IMG/VR virus record: IMGVR_UViG_3300037307_000349
Location: 1-42,577 of that record
Direction: 5' to 3' (one strand)
Length of the DNA: 42,577 bases
From: a virus
Taxonomy: Duplodnaviria; Caudoviricetes
Below, in pieces: positions 33,149 to 42,577 of this stretch. A model generated the notes under the pieces. That model searched no databases. It was not told where the DNA came from and saw only the letters and a program-made list of their open reading frames with translations. Within the stretch, counting starts at the first letter, position 1, and every line of letters starts with the position of its first letter. A program made the translations under genes and the position numbers.

Positions 33149-36076
33149 ATGGCAAAAATTGTGATGCAGAATGTGGACATTGACCGCATTTATGACAATT
33201 CCCATTTTCCTCTGGGAACGGAATGTGAAGATGTATCTCGCAATGAATACATTTTTATCAAATATAACGAGGGGGATAATCATATTGCTGGACAACCTGG
33301 GTATTTGGTAGTGGGGTTAGGTGCGGGATATAATGAATATGAAGCAACAGCCGACTTAGGTTCCATAACAATTCCATCTATCAGGAACAAAGCGTATGGA
33401 TTTCTACAAGCATCATTAACGCATGGGAAATACGGATGGGCGCAAATAAAAGGTTTTAATCGGAAAGCTATTACAACCGATGGAAGTATCACATCCAATG
33501 GTTATTTATATGTTGCCGCAAGCGGTTCAGGATTGGTGTCTAGCACATACGATTTATCAAGCAATTCAGTTACCGCCGTAGGCGTTGCAAGGGATTCCGA
33601 TTCTGGAACGACATTAGGTGTTGGCATGGCATTTATAGGAATAGCAATCGCAAATTCAGGAAGTCTATCAGGTGGATCCGGAGAGGTCAATACCGCTTCA
33701 AATGTAGGTGCTTCCGGCACCGGACTATATAAAACCAAATCGGGCGTTGATCTGCAATTCTATAAAATCGCGTCTTATGATTCTAAGTTGCTAGTATCTG
33801 TAGAATCATCTGACCATATACAATTAAAAGTTGACGAAACACAGATTAATCATAATAACTTGAATAACTACTCGGCAGATGAGCATTTTGCACAGACGAG
33901 TATTACCAAGTTAAGCTCCGGGTTAAGCACAGGGCTTGTGAGGGTAGCCACAGGAACAGGTAATTTGAGCGTTGTTACCGATAATTCATCCAACTGGAAT
34001 AACGCTTATACTCATAGCCAACTAACATCGGGCAATCCGCACAGTGTAAGTAAATCAGATATTAGTCTTGGAAATGTTGAGAATACGGCGTTATCCACGT
34101 GGGCTGGCTCTACAAACATAACTACATTGGGAAATGTTACGACAGGTTCATTATCCGTTTCAAGCGTTATTACTCCCTCGTTCAAATTCACAACAAGCCC
34201 TGGAACCGGGAAGTATCTTACATCAAGTGCCGATGGGACAGCATCATGGGTTACTCCCTCATTCAGCGCGACAGCAACAGTGATAAATGTTAAAGACTAT
34301 GGCGCGCTAGGAGACGGCGTAGATGATGACGCGGCTGTCCAGGCGGCTTTAGCGGCATGTGGTGATGGAGATACATTATATTTTCCCAAAGGTAAATATA
34401 AACTGGCAACAACATTGGATATTACCCATAGAATAAACATACTTGGTGATGGGCAATATTCGATGATTGGCATGAATGCTGATACGGATTTAATTCATTA
34501 CGATGGCACAGGCACAGAATTTGAGCGTGTGTTTGTCAGAGACATATATCTTTTATCCTCAGCAACTACGGTATCAACATCATTATTGAAATTTGAGCAT
34601 GTGCATGATGTTTATGTGGAAAATGTATTTTTCTCTGGCGCGGGCATTAATCTATATCTTAAGGGATGCTTGCGGAGCACTTTTATACACCTGAATAGCG
34701 AGACAACAGGCATTGATTCTTTCATCACGCAATCTCAAGCTACCTATGGTGTATATATGGTCAGGAGTGGCGGGATAAGTTCCAACGCCAACAGGTTCTA
34801 TAATTGCAGTTTCAGGCAACTTAGCATTGATTATGGCGTATATGTTGAGGACACTAACAGCGAGGGCGGGTTTAGCTGGTATGGCGGCACTTTTGAGGGC
34901 ATTCAGACACAGGCATTTTATGTGACAGGCGTTGACCAGCCATTTATAATTTCAGGCATTCATCTGGAATCCAATTCAAGCAATTTATATCTGAATGGAT
35001 GCAATAACGGAACAATCGAATCAGTGTTCGGAAGCGTGAACGTAACTTGTGTTACGTGCAAAAATATTGCATTTGTTGGTTGCACGATAACCAACTTCAG
35101 TGTAGATCAGGACAGCACATTGAGACTGATAAATTGTAGGATGGGCGGCAATGGCGGATCAGGCACATGGTCAATCAGCAGTCCTAATTTCTATGGCGGC
35201 GCATTTGATGTGTGGTCAGGCCAGGCGAATATGCACGGCGGCCGGGACAATTCAATGAAGAATTTATGTGCCGGGAATCTTGAATCATGGTCAGGCGGAC
35301 TGCCTTCTGGTTTTACTCTCGCTGGAACGCCAACATTGAATCAATGCGGAACAGCGATGGTGGACACCACAAAGTTATTCGGCAGTTATTCCGCGAAGAT
35401 TACATGGGGAACAGGGACTGTCCAGGGAATCGAATTCCCAATACCGTCTGATATAATTACATCACTTACCGCAGAGGCGGTATGTGTTAGAAATGCTGAT
35501 TACAGATGGCAAGCTTCGGCCGTTGCGGGTGAATATTACTTGCAGACAGCAGGCGGCGCAAACCCAAATATATCAAGCCCCAGGGCGTTGATAATTGATG
35601 GCACGCCAAGAGCAACGGCAACAATTGGGGCATTGACCGCAAATACGTGGAACTATGGTAATAATGATAGTTTGGGGTATAATACAATATATGTCAGGAT
35701 AAGCGGAGATGGCGATCCTGATCTGCAAGCTGTTGGTTATATCAAATATGCCGATTATGTGACATTCATAGCCGCATCAGCATATTTCTATAGTCCGGCA
35801 AGCAATAAGGCAACGGCAAGAATTTGGGCGGCGAATTATCGTTACGGGGCTGGCGCTGTGTCCGATTACACAATGGGAGCTAATGGGTCATTCTCATTGC
35901 CTGGTGATTCATGGAAAAAATGTATATGCACCTTTATGATAGAACCGAATGTAACTACTCTTTATATAGGTTTTGGCTTATATGACGAATCATCTGGCGA
36001 TTATATTTATGTTGATGGCATTGAAATAATGACCGGTATGTGTGTATCTGACAGATTTAATTCTAATTCATGGTAA
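33149..36076 (+). CDS. Cement-domain-anchored fibre/spike with pectate-lyase-3-like beta-helix and C-terminal carbohydrate-binding-like domain
   Basis: N-terminal cement paralogue; fibre motifs NPHSVSKSDISLGNVEN and GKYLTSSADGTASW; INVKDYGALGDG...AVQAAL...LYFPKGKY. Confidence 0.8.
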   Translation: MAKIVMQNVDIDRIYDNSHFPLGTECEDVSRNEYIFIKYNEGDNHIAGQPGYLVVGLGAGYNEYEATADLGSITIPSIRNKAYGFLQASLTHGKYGWAQIKGFNRKAITTDGSITSNGYLYVAASGSGLVSSTYDLSSNSVTAVGVARDSDSGTTLGVGMAFIGIAIANSGSLSGGSGEVNTASNVGASGTGLYKTKSGVDLQFYKIASYDSKLLVSVESSDHIQLKVDETQINHNNLNNYSADEHFAQTSITKLSSGLSTGLVRVATGTGNLSVVTDNSSNWNNAYTHSQLTSGNPHSVSKSDISLGNVENTALSTWAGSTNITTLGNVTTGSLSVSSVITPSFKFTTSPGTGKYLTSSADGTASWVTPSFSATATVINVKDYGALGDGVDDDAAVQAALAACGDGDTLYFPKGKYKLATTLDITHRINILGDGQYSMIGMNADTDLIHYDGTGTEFERVFVRDIYLLSSATTVSTSLLKFEHVHDVYVENVFFSGAGINLYLKGCLRSTFIHLNSETTGIDSFITQSQATYGVYMVRSGGISSNANRFYNCSFRQLSIDYGVYVEDTNSEGGFSWYGGTFEGIQTQAFYVTGVDQPFIISGIHLESNSSNLYLNGCNNGTIESVFGSVNVTCVTCKNIAFVGCTITNFSVDQDSTLRLINCRMGGNGGSGTWSISSPNFYGGAFDVWSGQANMHGGRDNSMKNLCAGNLESWSGGLPSGFTLAGTPTLNQCGTAMVDTTKLFGSYSAKITWGTGTVQGIEFPIPSDIITSLTAEAVCVRNADYRWQASAVAGEYYLQTAGGANPNISSPRALIIDGTPRATATIGALTANTWNYGNNDSLGYNTIYVRISGDGDPDLQAVGYIKYADYVTFIAASAYFYSPASNKATARIWAANYRYGAGAVSDYTMGANGSFSLPGDSWKKCICTFMIEPNVTTLYIGFGLYDESSGDYIYVDGIEIMTGMCVSDRFNSNSW

Positions 36077-36143
36077 GCCTTAAAAAAAAAGTTAAGAAAA
36101 GTATTGACACTTTTTGACGCTTTAATTTAAGGAAGTGAGAATA

Positions 36144-36521
36144 ATGGACAGAATAGATTTAAGTGTACTGGACAACCTGACGAAAATATTGCCTGAACCC
36201 GATTTGACGAATATCTCAAACGTGCTAATAGAGGATAATTCCATCGTAGGCAAATATCTTTGGAAAGAAAAGCGTGTGGCCGTTCAATTAATGTCAATCC
36301 CGAATGGTCTTGCGATGCCGATTAATAAACGAGACGAATTAGAAGTATTAGTAATATTTGATGGTGCGTTAGATGTTGAAATGGATAACAAAACACAATT
36401 ATACAAACGTGGGGATGTGGTTAAGATACCCGCCGGCAAAGGGCATATATGCCAGGCGATTACGAATGTTAAACTGATAGCAATTTCAATTCCTGCGTCT
36501 GAGGAGTATCCCGATGGATAA
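36144..36521 (+). CDS. Cupin-domain protein
   Basis: EVLVIFDGALDV...KRGDVVKIPAGKGH; first-motif histidines appear to be missing. Confidence 0.8.
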   Translation: MDRIDLSVLDNLTKILPEPDLTNISNVLIEDNSIVGKYLWKEKRVAVQLMSIPNGLAMPINKRDELEVLVIFDGALDVEMDNKTQLYKRGDVVKIPAGKGHICQAITNVKLIAISIPASEEYPDG

Positions 36522-36855
36522 CGACAAAGAGCCTATTGGATCGTGGACATCATGGGCAAGATATGTTATACAGACCCTTAAGACATTATGTGAATCTATA
36601 GAAACTCTTGAAGCGCGCTTGGATGATTTTATTAAGAAGGACGACTGTAAAGAGCGCAAAGAAGAAATTGAAACAATGATAGCCGGTTTTAAGATTTCGC
36701 TTGGGACCGCGACTACTGATTTGCTTAAATTAAGTGAGCAGTTTAAGGGTCACATCGAGAAACATGAATATAAATGGAAGATACTCGCTGGCATAGCTAC
36801 TGTCCTGGCTATACTGGCTACGATCCTTGCGATAATAGATCGAATTGGAAATTGA
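36514..36855 (+). CDS. Holin-like/membrane protein
   Basis: W..W..YV...L N-terminus, coiled coil, C-terminal transmembrane segment ILAGIATVLAILATILAII. Confidence 0.5.
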   Translation: MDNDKEPIGSWTSWARYVIQTLKTLCESIETLEARLDDFIKKDDCKERKEEIETMIAGFKISLGTATTDLLKLSEQFKGHIEKHEYKWKILAGIATVLAILATILAIIDRIGN

Positions 36856-36868
36856 AAAGGGGAAAAAA

Positions 36869-37054
36869 ATGGCAGAGGAAATTGTATCAAGTCCTGAACC
36901 AATACTGATGGACGATTTATTGAAACGCAAATTAGAATTAAAGGAATTGGAAGAGCAAAACAAGATACAGGCAATCAGGGAAATTAACGCTATATGTGAT
37001 AAATATGGCTTTAAATTGGTGATAACTCAAACAATCGAGCTTGTTGCAAGATGA
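36869..37054 (+). CDS. Small hypothetical protein
   Basis: AAGGGG SD; coiled coil then EINAICDKYGFKL. Confidence 0.6.
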   Translation: MAEEIVSSPEPILMDDLLKRKLELKELEEQNKIQAIREINAICDKYGFKLVITQTIELVAR

Positions 37055-37158
37055 CAATAAATATTACTGCAAAACGGCCAGCAGTTAAAGCGAGCATGAA
37101 AAAGCCGTCAATCGCAATAACTGTAAAAAGGCCAAATATTAAGGTGTCAATAAAATGA
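37051..37158 (+). CDS. 35-aa basic peptide with 9-aa periodicity
   Basis: MTINITAKRPAVKASMKKPSIAITVKRPNIKVSIK; ATGA overlaps at both ends. Confidence 0.5.
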   Translation: MTINITAKRPAVKASMKKPSIAITVKRPNIKVSIK

Positions 37159-37463
37159 GATTCAAAGATGGCGATATTACCGTTGGAGATGTTGGGATAA
37201 ATATAGTCGCTACAGCAGACGAGACATTGACAGGCGAGACTACATATTTTAAGTTTGTTAAGCCAAGTGGGGCGACTATAAGCAGGGCGGCAGTAGAATC
37301 TGGCTATACAGCGACATATACAACAGTAGATGGCGATATAGACGAGGCTGGAACGTGGAGAATCTATCTTTATAATGCGACTACAGGATTCTATTATACT
37401 AAGGAATCGGGCAATATTATGGAAGTCAGACCCAAACCCGAGGATATGGCGGCCTATGAATAG
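37155..37463 (+). CDS. BppU N-terminal-like fibre attachment protein
   Basis: GDVG...KPSG...YTTVDGDIDEAGTW pattern. Confidence 0.65.
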   Translation: MRFKDGDITVGDVGINIVATADETLTGETTYFKFVKPSGATISRAAVESGYTATYTTVDGDIDEAGTWRIYLYNATTGFYYTKESGNIMEVRPKPEDMAAYE

Positions 37464-37671
37464 ACGATTAGTTCCAAGAGATGAAAAAGATAAGAAGCGT
37501 GTCAGGGATTTGGAACGCGTATTTCAAACGCGAGAATTGAAACGCTATGATACCGATCCCGATATAAAACAGGTTAGGAATAATTCGGCATTTATTGTAT
37601 CCAAAGCTGATGGGACAAAATATATAGGTATCAGGGTAGATGGTGAGATATTGAAAGTTCAGGTGAGTTAG
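37456..37671 (+). CDS. Small hypothetical virion protein
   Basis: ATG at 37456 overlaps the previous stop; abuts the next gene. Confidence 0.55.
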   Translation: MNRRLVPRDEKDKKRVRDLERVFQTRELKRYDTDPDIKQVRNNSAFIVSKADGTKYIGIRVDGEILKVQVS

Positions 37672-38421
37672 ATGGGTGCAAATGTTACAAACGCATGGGC
37701 AAAAACGAAGCAGGCTTATGGAGTTGGCGGAAGTGGTATGTCCTCCTCTGGATGGGGCGCAATGGGTAAACAAGCACAACCTATGCTTAAAGGCCTTGGC
37801 GTGAATGCTGGCGGCATGGGTTTGGGTGCATTATTAGGCAATCCATTAATAGGAATGATATTATCCAATGTTGGCGCGTCATTACTGGAAAGGATATTTG
37901 GCGGCGGGAATTCGCCTTATGAGCAGATGCAGGCACAGCAGATGGAGGCATTGAAACAGCAGATGCCAATTATCCAGGCGCAGGCGGCAGGCAGGCCGTC
38001 AGCCGCAACGCAGAATCAACTAGCACAATTAAGGCAGGCTACAACGAGGGCGCAACAGTCTTATGCCTCTACGGCATTGGGAAGAAACTCAGGCCAGTCA
38101 ACGCCGGCCAAAGCAACGCAGATGCGGTTCAGGACTGCTGAAACTCAGGCTATGGGCGATATTCTAGGCAATGCACAGTTAGCGGCACAACAGCAGTTAA
38201 TAGGACTTGGCGCGGCGGGGGCGGCGGGTATGCGGGATATAGAATTACAGGAAGCCGCAAACCGCAGACAAATTTATAGCGATATAGCTTCCATTATGGC
38301 AGGCTATCGAGAATCACAGAAAGTGCAAAATCTTGATCCTCAAGTTAGAGCCATGATGCAGGGAACAATAAACATGCTTGGCGATTTCTTCAAAGGCCAG
38401 ATGGCTAACATGCAAAGGTGA
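37672..38421 (+). CDS. Internal virion/ejection protein (T7 gp14/P22 gp7-like position)
   Basis: Gly-rich hydrophobic N-terminus, Gln/Ala-rich helices; first of three genes of increasing size. Confidence 0.6.
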   Translation: MGANVTNAWAKTKQAYGVGGSGMSSSGWGAMGKQAQPMLKGLGVNAGGMGLGALLGNPLIGMILSNVGASLLERIFGGGNSPYEQMQAQQMEALKQQMPIIQAQAAGRPSAATQNQLAQLRQATTRAQQSYASTALGRNSGQSTPAKATQMRFRTAETQAMGDILGNAQLAAQQQLIGLGAAGAAGMRDIELQEAANRRQIYSDIASIMAGYRESQKVQNLDPQVRAMMQGTINMLGDFFKGQMANMQR

Positions 38422-38426
38422 TAAAC

Positions 38427-40289
38427 ATGGCTAGGAATGATAAATTGGCGGCAATGACATCGGCGGCGGCACAATTTTTCAACGCGGTAAATACTGGCAA
38501 AGACCCTTATGCTGCTTACGATAGGGTATTGGCGGCATACAAGATGATGGGGGAAGGTCTTGAATTACAAGGCCGGATGAAGGAATTGGCTTATAAAGAG
38601 AAATTACTTCCTTTAACCGAGATGGAAACAAAAGCTAATGTTAGGAGAACAGAGGCATTGGCCGGTAAAGAGGAGTTAGAATTAGAGAAAGGCAAAAGTT
38701 CGTGGCAAAGACTACAAAAAGCCATACAAGATATGGAGACTGAGGGAGAGATGTCTCCCGAGTTAATAGACCTAAAAAAAGCATTGCTTGATTATCAAAA
38801 ATCAAAGATAGGGAAAGAGGAGGCACAGGCAAAATTTGATGCCGCCAAACAAGCCAAGTTATATGAATCTGCGGCGAAAGCGGAAAGCGCGGAAGCCGAA
38901 GAGACAGCCGCTAAATCTGAATTTGAAACTGGCGTAATGGAACAGATGAAACCTGCCGATATGGTGGTAGAAGCGGACTTAAGGCGAGAAGCGGCAAAGG
39001 AAAAAGTTGCAGGTATGGTATCCGAAAGGAAATTGAATGATGCCAGGGCGGCGGCTGAAGCAATTAAAGGCGGGGCGCAAATATCAGGCATGGATTGGAT
39101 GAAACAATATATGACCCTATTTGAAATGCGTAATAAGTTATGGACGGAGAAAGCCAAACTTATTGATCCTTTGACATATTACATCGTTAAAGACGATCCC
39201 GAAATGACTGAATATTTACAAAGTGCATTAGGTAGCGAGCAAGATAAAACAATGGCATTAAGGAAAATTGACGATCTAATGCAGGGCATTGGCGGCATAC
39301 TAAGGCAACCACCATACAATATTAACCTAGAGGCTATCGCTCAGTGGCAAAGAACAACTCCTGCGACATTAGAAGAACAAACACAAGGTGGAGTTCTTGA
39401 GTCTGCCCCGGCAGGCCAACCTCAATCTACTATACCGACTGATATTGAAACTAGCGATGCAGTAACGATGGCACGGCAATATGGTGTTGATCCATATTTA
39501 GCAGTTGCTATTGCCAAATGGGAATCAGGATTTAATAATAATAAGCGCGGTATGGCGGGAGAATATGGTATAATGCAAGTTATGCCTGGCACTGGCGCAG
39601 AGGTAGGCTCTTCTGAGACTGATTTGCAAGACCCAAGAAAGAATTTTGAGGCTGGAATAAAATATTTAAAAAAGCTCGCTACAGTATATGGGCAGGAATC
39701 TATGGAAGCTCTAATTCAATCATATAATAGGGGGCCAGGAAACAAAAGCCGCGAATATTTAAATGGTGTTATGAGTATTTATAATCAATATACATCCAAC
39801 GAAGATTTGTTTAACAAAGATGTCGCAAGACTAAATGCACTTATTGGAGGGCAAGCCGCGCCTGACGTAAAAGCCCAAATGACGCCTATGCCTAAACGAC
39901 AACCACAAGAAACGCAAAGCAAGGCACAGCCAAGACCATCCACAAAAGGCACAACAACAGAAAAATATCCAAGTTCTGAGGCTATGTCCTTATATGCTAC
40001 CGATGAACAGCCAACACCTAAAATACAGGCACAGCCAGGCACGGCAGAGACGGCAAAGAATCTGGATAGCGAAAGAAAACAAATAATGACCACGCTAAAG
40101 CATAAGCAATTAACTGATATGATCATAAAAATGAGGGAGGATGGCATGTCGTATGGCGATATTTTAGGCGCGGCAAAAAATCGTCAAAACAATATGAAAC
40201 AAAAATATGGCGAGAATGTATATATTCTACTAGAACAGATATTGACAACATTATCAAATAACGAGAAACAAAAGCGCGTAAAGAGATAA
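38427..40289 (+). CDS. Internal virion protein with SLT lytic transglycosylase domain
   Basis: YGVDPYLAVAIAKWESGF...GIMQVMPGT...DPRKNFEAGIKYL...SYNRGPG (~39480-39790). Confidence 0.88.
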   Translation: MARNDKLAAMTSAAAQFFNAVNTGKDPYAAYDRVLAAYKMMGEGLELQGRMKELAYKEKLLPLTEMETKANVRRTEALAGKEELELEKGKSSWQRLQKAIQDMETEGEMSPELIDLKKALLDYQKSKIGKEEAQAKFDAAKQAKLYESAAKAESAEAEETAAKSEFETGVMEQMKPADMVVEADLRREAAKEKVAGMVSERKLNDARAAAEAIKGGAQISGMDWMKQYMTLFEMRNKLWTEKAKLIDPLTYYIVKDDPEMTEYLQSALGSEQDKTMALRKIDDLMQGIGGILRQPPYNINLEAIAQWQRTTPATLEEQTQGGVLESAPAGQPQSTIPTDIETSDAVTMARQYGVDPYLAVAIAKWESGFNNNKRGMAGEYGIMQVMPGTGAEVGSSETDLQDPRKNFEAGIKYLKKLATVYGQESMEALIQSYNRGPGNKSREYLNGVMSIYNQYTSNEDLFNKDVARLNALIGGQAAPDVKAQMTPMPKRQPQETQSKAQPRPSTKGTTTEKYPSSEAMSLYATDEQPTPKIQAQPGTAETAKNLDSERKQIMTTLKHKQLTDMIIKMREDGMSYGDILGAAKNRQNNMKQKYGENVYILLEQILTTLSNNEKQKRVKR

Positions 40290-40293
40290 AGCA

Positions 40294-42577
40294 ATGGCTA
40301 TTGGAGGAAGTAAAAAAATATTTGGCGTACCGGAGAATGCAGAAATGCAATCCAAAGAGCCAACTATGGACTTTTTTGGCGTGCCAGAAGATGGACAGGC
40401 GCAATTTGGGTCGCCATTTCAAATTGAATCGCCTGAGACAACTCGCTCTCAGGATATTGAGAAATATTTTGGCGTCCCGTTAGATAAAGAACCAAGCACA
40501 GGCAAAGGCATAATAGATAGGCTTGCCGATTCTTTTAAGTCCGCGCTAGGCACAATAGGCAATGTGGCAGTTTCAGAATGGGAAAAACAATGGCAATCCA
40601 AAAAGCCTATAAAGATTGAGGGCGAAACGGAAGACCAGTATAATGAAAAGGTAAGGCAATGGTTTCTTAAAGAAACCAGAGACGTTTTTAATCCCTCTAC
40701 ATGGTATCCAATGAGAGTTGCTACTGAAGCCGCCAGGGGATTGTCGGGCAAGACGCAACCAGTCGCCGGGGCGATAGCAACAGCAATTAGACGCGGCCCG
40801 TCAGTTGGTCAAGTTGTAGATATATTGAATAGCAATGATACTGCTAAATTGATGGAATTAGCCAGCGAAGGCATGATGCCAAGTCCACAGGAATTGGGTG
40901 AATTGAACGTAAAACGCTTCAATGAGCTCGGTTTGGGGATTTTATTGAAGCCCGAATCAAGTGAAGTGCGGCGCGGCGAAGTGTTCCGGGTGATACCGAA
41001 ACGATGGGGCGTAGAACATCCGATAGGATATATGATTGGCAAGCCTGCCGAATGGGTAGCCAATGCTATGATAATAGAACCGTTCCTAACAAATCCTGAG
41101 CAGATTCCGATGGAAATAGCTATGGATGTTAGCGGTGGAGTGATTCTTCCACACTTATTTAGAGGTATAGGGAAGGGTATAAGTGCTGGCAGGAAGATAA
41201 TCAATGAGTTTGCTGGTTCAAAGAGTAAGGTGCTTGTTACGGATATTGGGGATGAATTATCCAAATGGCTTATAAAACGCAAGATGACATTGACTACAAA
41301 GTCATGGCATGAATTTATGAAAGAGATGTCTGATACCGGCAAGATACCTGAAGAATTAAGCGATAATCTAGGCGATTTAACTGATTATCAGATTGACAGA
41401 ATAAATCACCAATTGCGGGAATTTCAACGGCGCACAGGAAAAGGCCTCGCTGATAGCGATAGGATACTGCTTGCTGTTCCTAAGAGGATGATGGGACAGC
41501 CCGGAATAAGGACAATATCGCGCGGTGTGCTTGAGTATCAACTTCGCAAATCGCCACGAGGAATGAAGATAATCAATCCTAAGAAATGGGGGAAGCCAGT
41601 TGACCTGTTTGAGCCTAAAGAATGGGATGATTTTATTCAGACTATACACAGAAGAGCTATTGAGGAAGTGCCAGTAAAGGCCCATGTTATCAAGCAACCA
41701 TATAAAGCGGAACGGGCATTAGAAAGACCTTCATTGCGCGAGATGAACAAATTGTTTGGCAAACTCCCGAATGAGACTATAGAAGAGATAAGAAATTTCG
41801 CCGGCACTGCCATAGGCGATATGCCAGCTAGACCAGATTGGATGACAACGAGGAGACGACAATTTGCCGATAAGTTCGGCCAGGAAGAGGCATACGGCCA
41901 GAAAGCGTTGCCAGAATTCCAGAATTTGGATGAAGGGGAATGGAATTTTTCAGACACAACAGGCGAATATTCGGGATATACTAGCACATCAAGAGAGATA
42001 TTAACGGACTCCAAAGGAAATCCCTATATCCAATATGATATAGGAATAAAACCCGATGGCACAAAAACATTACTGGATTTTCGGCTTGATCGGACAAATC
42101 CTGAGCTAACCCAGGATACGATGTATTATGTATCATCCGTTATGGATATTCCCGATAAATTGCCAGCATCTATGACAGTGCCTGACGCTGAATTATTGCA
42201 ATATTATAGAATTAAGAAAAATTTACTCGGAATAACAAGCCATCAAGAAAAAGACAGGGCTATGTATGGGCTTGCAAGGTCGCTTAAAAAAGATGCCGAT
42301 GATTTAATCGAAAATGAATTTAAGGATTTTAATGCAAAGATATTATCGTATGGTGGGCTAAGGCCTGATTCTGGCAGAAATAAAAAGCTGAAATTCGATG
42401 AGTATGTTCCATCATGGCTTAGAAGAAGCAAGGTTAAGGGCGGGAGAACGCCAGATGAGATGGCCACGAAATTGGGATATACTGATAGTCAATCTTTTCT
42501 TGAAGATATTAAAAAGATGAATACAAATAGAGAGCAAATAAAGGCAAAGGATATAGTTGATTACTTGCAAGAAGCTG
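40294..42577 (+). CDS. Large internal virion/polyvalent protein (partial, runs off the right edge)
   Basis: Open frame from ATG at 40294 (MAIGGSKKIFGVPEN...) to the window end; missed by the ORF track. Confidence 0.85.
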   Translation, partial: MAIGGSKKIFGVPENAEMQSKEPTMDFFGVPEDGQAQFGSPFQIESPETTRSQDIEKYFGVPLDKEPSTGKGIIDRLADSFKSALGTIGNVAVSEWEKQWQSKKPIKIEGETEDQYNEKVRQWFLKETRDVFNPSTWYPMRVATEAARGLSGKTQPVAGAIATAIRRGPSVGQVVDILNSNDTAKLMELASEGMMPSPQELGELNVKRFNELGLGILLKPESSEVRRGEVFRVIPKRWGVEHPIGYMIGKPAEWVANAMIIEPFLTNPEQIPMEIAMDVSGGVILPHLFRGIGKGISAGRKIINEFAGSKSKVLVTDIGDELSKWLIKRKMTLTTKSWHEFMKEMSDTGKIPEELSDNLGDLTDYQIDRINHQLREFQRRTGKGLADSDRILLAVPKRMMGQPGIRTISRGVLEYQLRKSPRGMKIINPKKWGKPVDLFEPKEWDDFIQTIHRRAIEEVPVKAHVIKQPYKAERALERPSLREMNKLFGKLPNETIEEIRNFAGTAIGDMPARPDWMTTRRRQFADKFGQEEAYGQKALPEFQNLDEGEWNFSDTTGEYSGYTSTSREILTDSKGNPYIQYDIGIKPDGTKTLLDFRLDRTNPELTQDTMYYVSSVMDIPDKLPASMTVPDAELLQYYRIKKNLLGITSHQEKDRAMYGLARSLKKDADDLIENEFKDFNAKILSYGGLRPDSGRNKKLKFDEYVPSWLRRSKVKGGRTPDEMATKLGYTDSQSFLEDIKKMNTNREQIKAKDIVDYLQEA

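Noticed and set aside
36078-36135. TTGACA and an imperfect inverted repeat before the cupin gene
   Set aside because: No convincing -10 at 16-18 bp and weak pairing
40301-42467. Short ORFs listed in the track at the right end
   Set aside because: Shadows of the single long plus-strand ORF starting at 40294

Overview
The window is part of a tailed dsDNA bacteriophage genome, most likely podovirus-like, since no tape-measure, tube or sheath gene was recognised. Near-consensus sigma70 promoters indicate a bacterial host. From left to right: (i) a leftward early cassette with a pentapeptide-repeat gene and a tandemly duplicated mini zinc-finger gene; (ii) a TerS-like HTH gene, a repeat-rich non-coding region with iteron-like palindromes, an HTH_36 initiator-like gene, an RHH gene and a RusA-like gene; (iii) terminase, portal, scaffold, major capsid and capsid cement genes; (iv) a ~9.5 kb glycosylation/methylation cluster inside the structural operon (tandem GT9, GT4, three GT2 domains, HddA-like GHMP kinase, three SAM methyltransferase domains, B12-radical SAM); (v) adaptor, nozzle, fibre/spike and small basic proteins; (vi) holin-like and ejection proteins, one with an SLT domain, and a large ORF running off the end. 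Most notable: two stand-alone structural proteins recur as anchor domains fused to cargo (collagen fibre, beta-helix depolymerase, His/Cys clan-CD-like protease with six repeats plus a partner gene). A 42-codon internally deleted relic of a heptose adenylyltransferase-like gene is also present. All family calls come from motif recognition by eye, not database searches.
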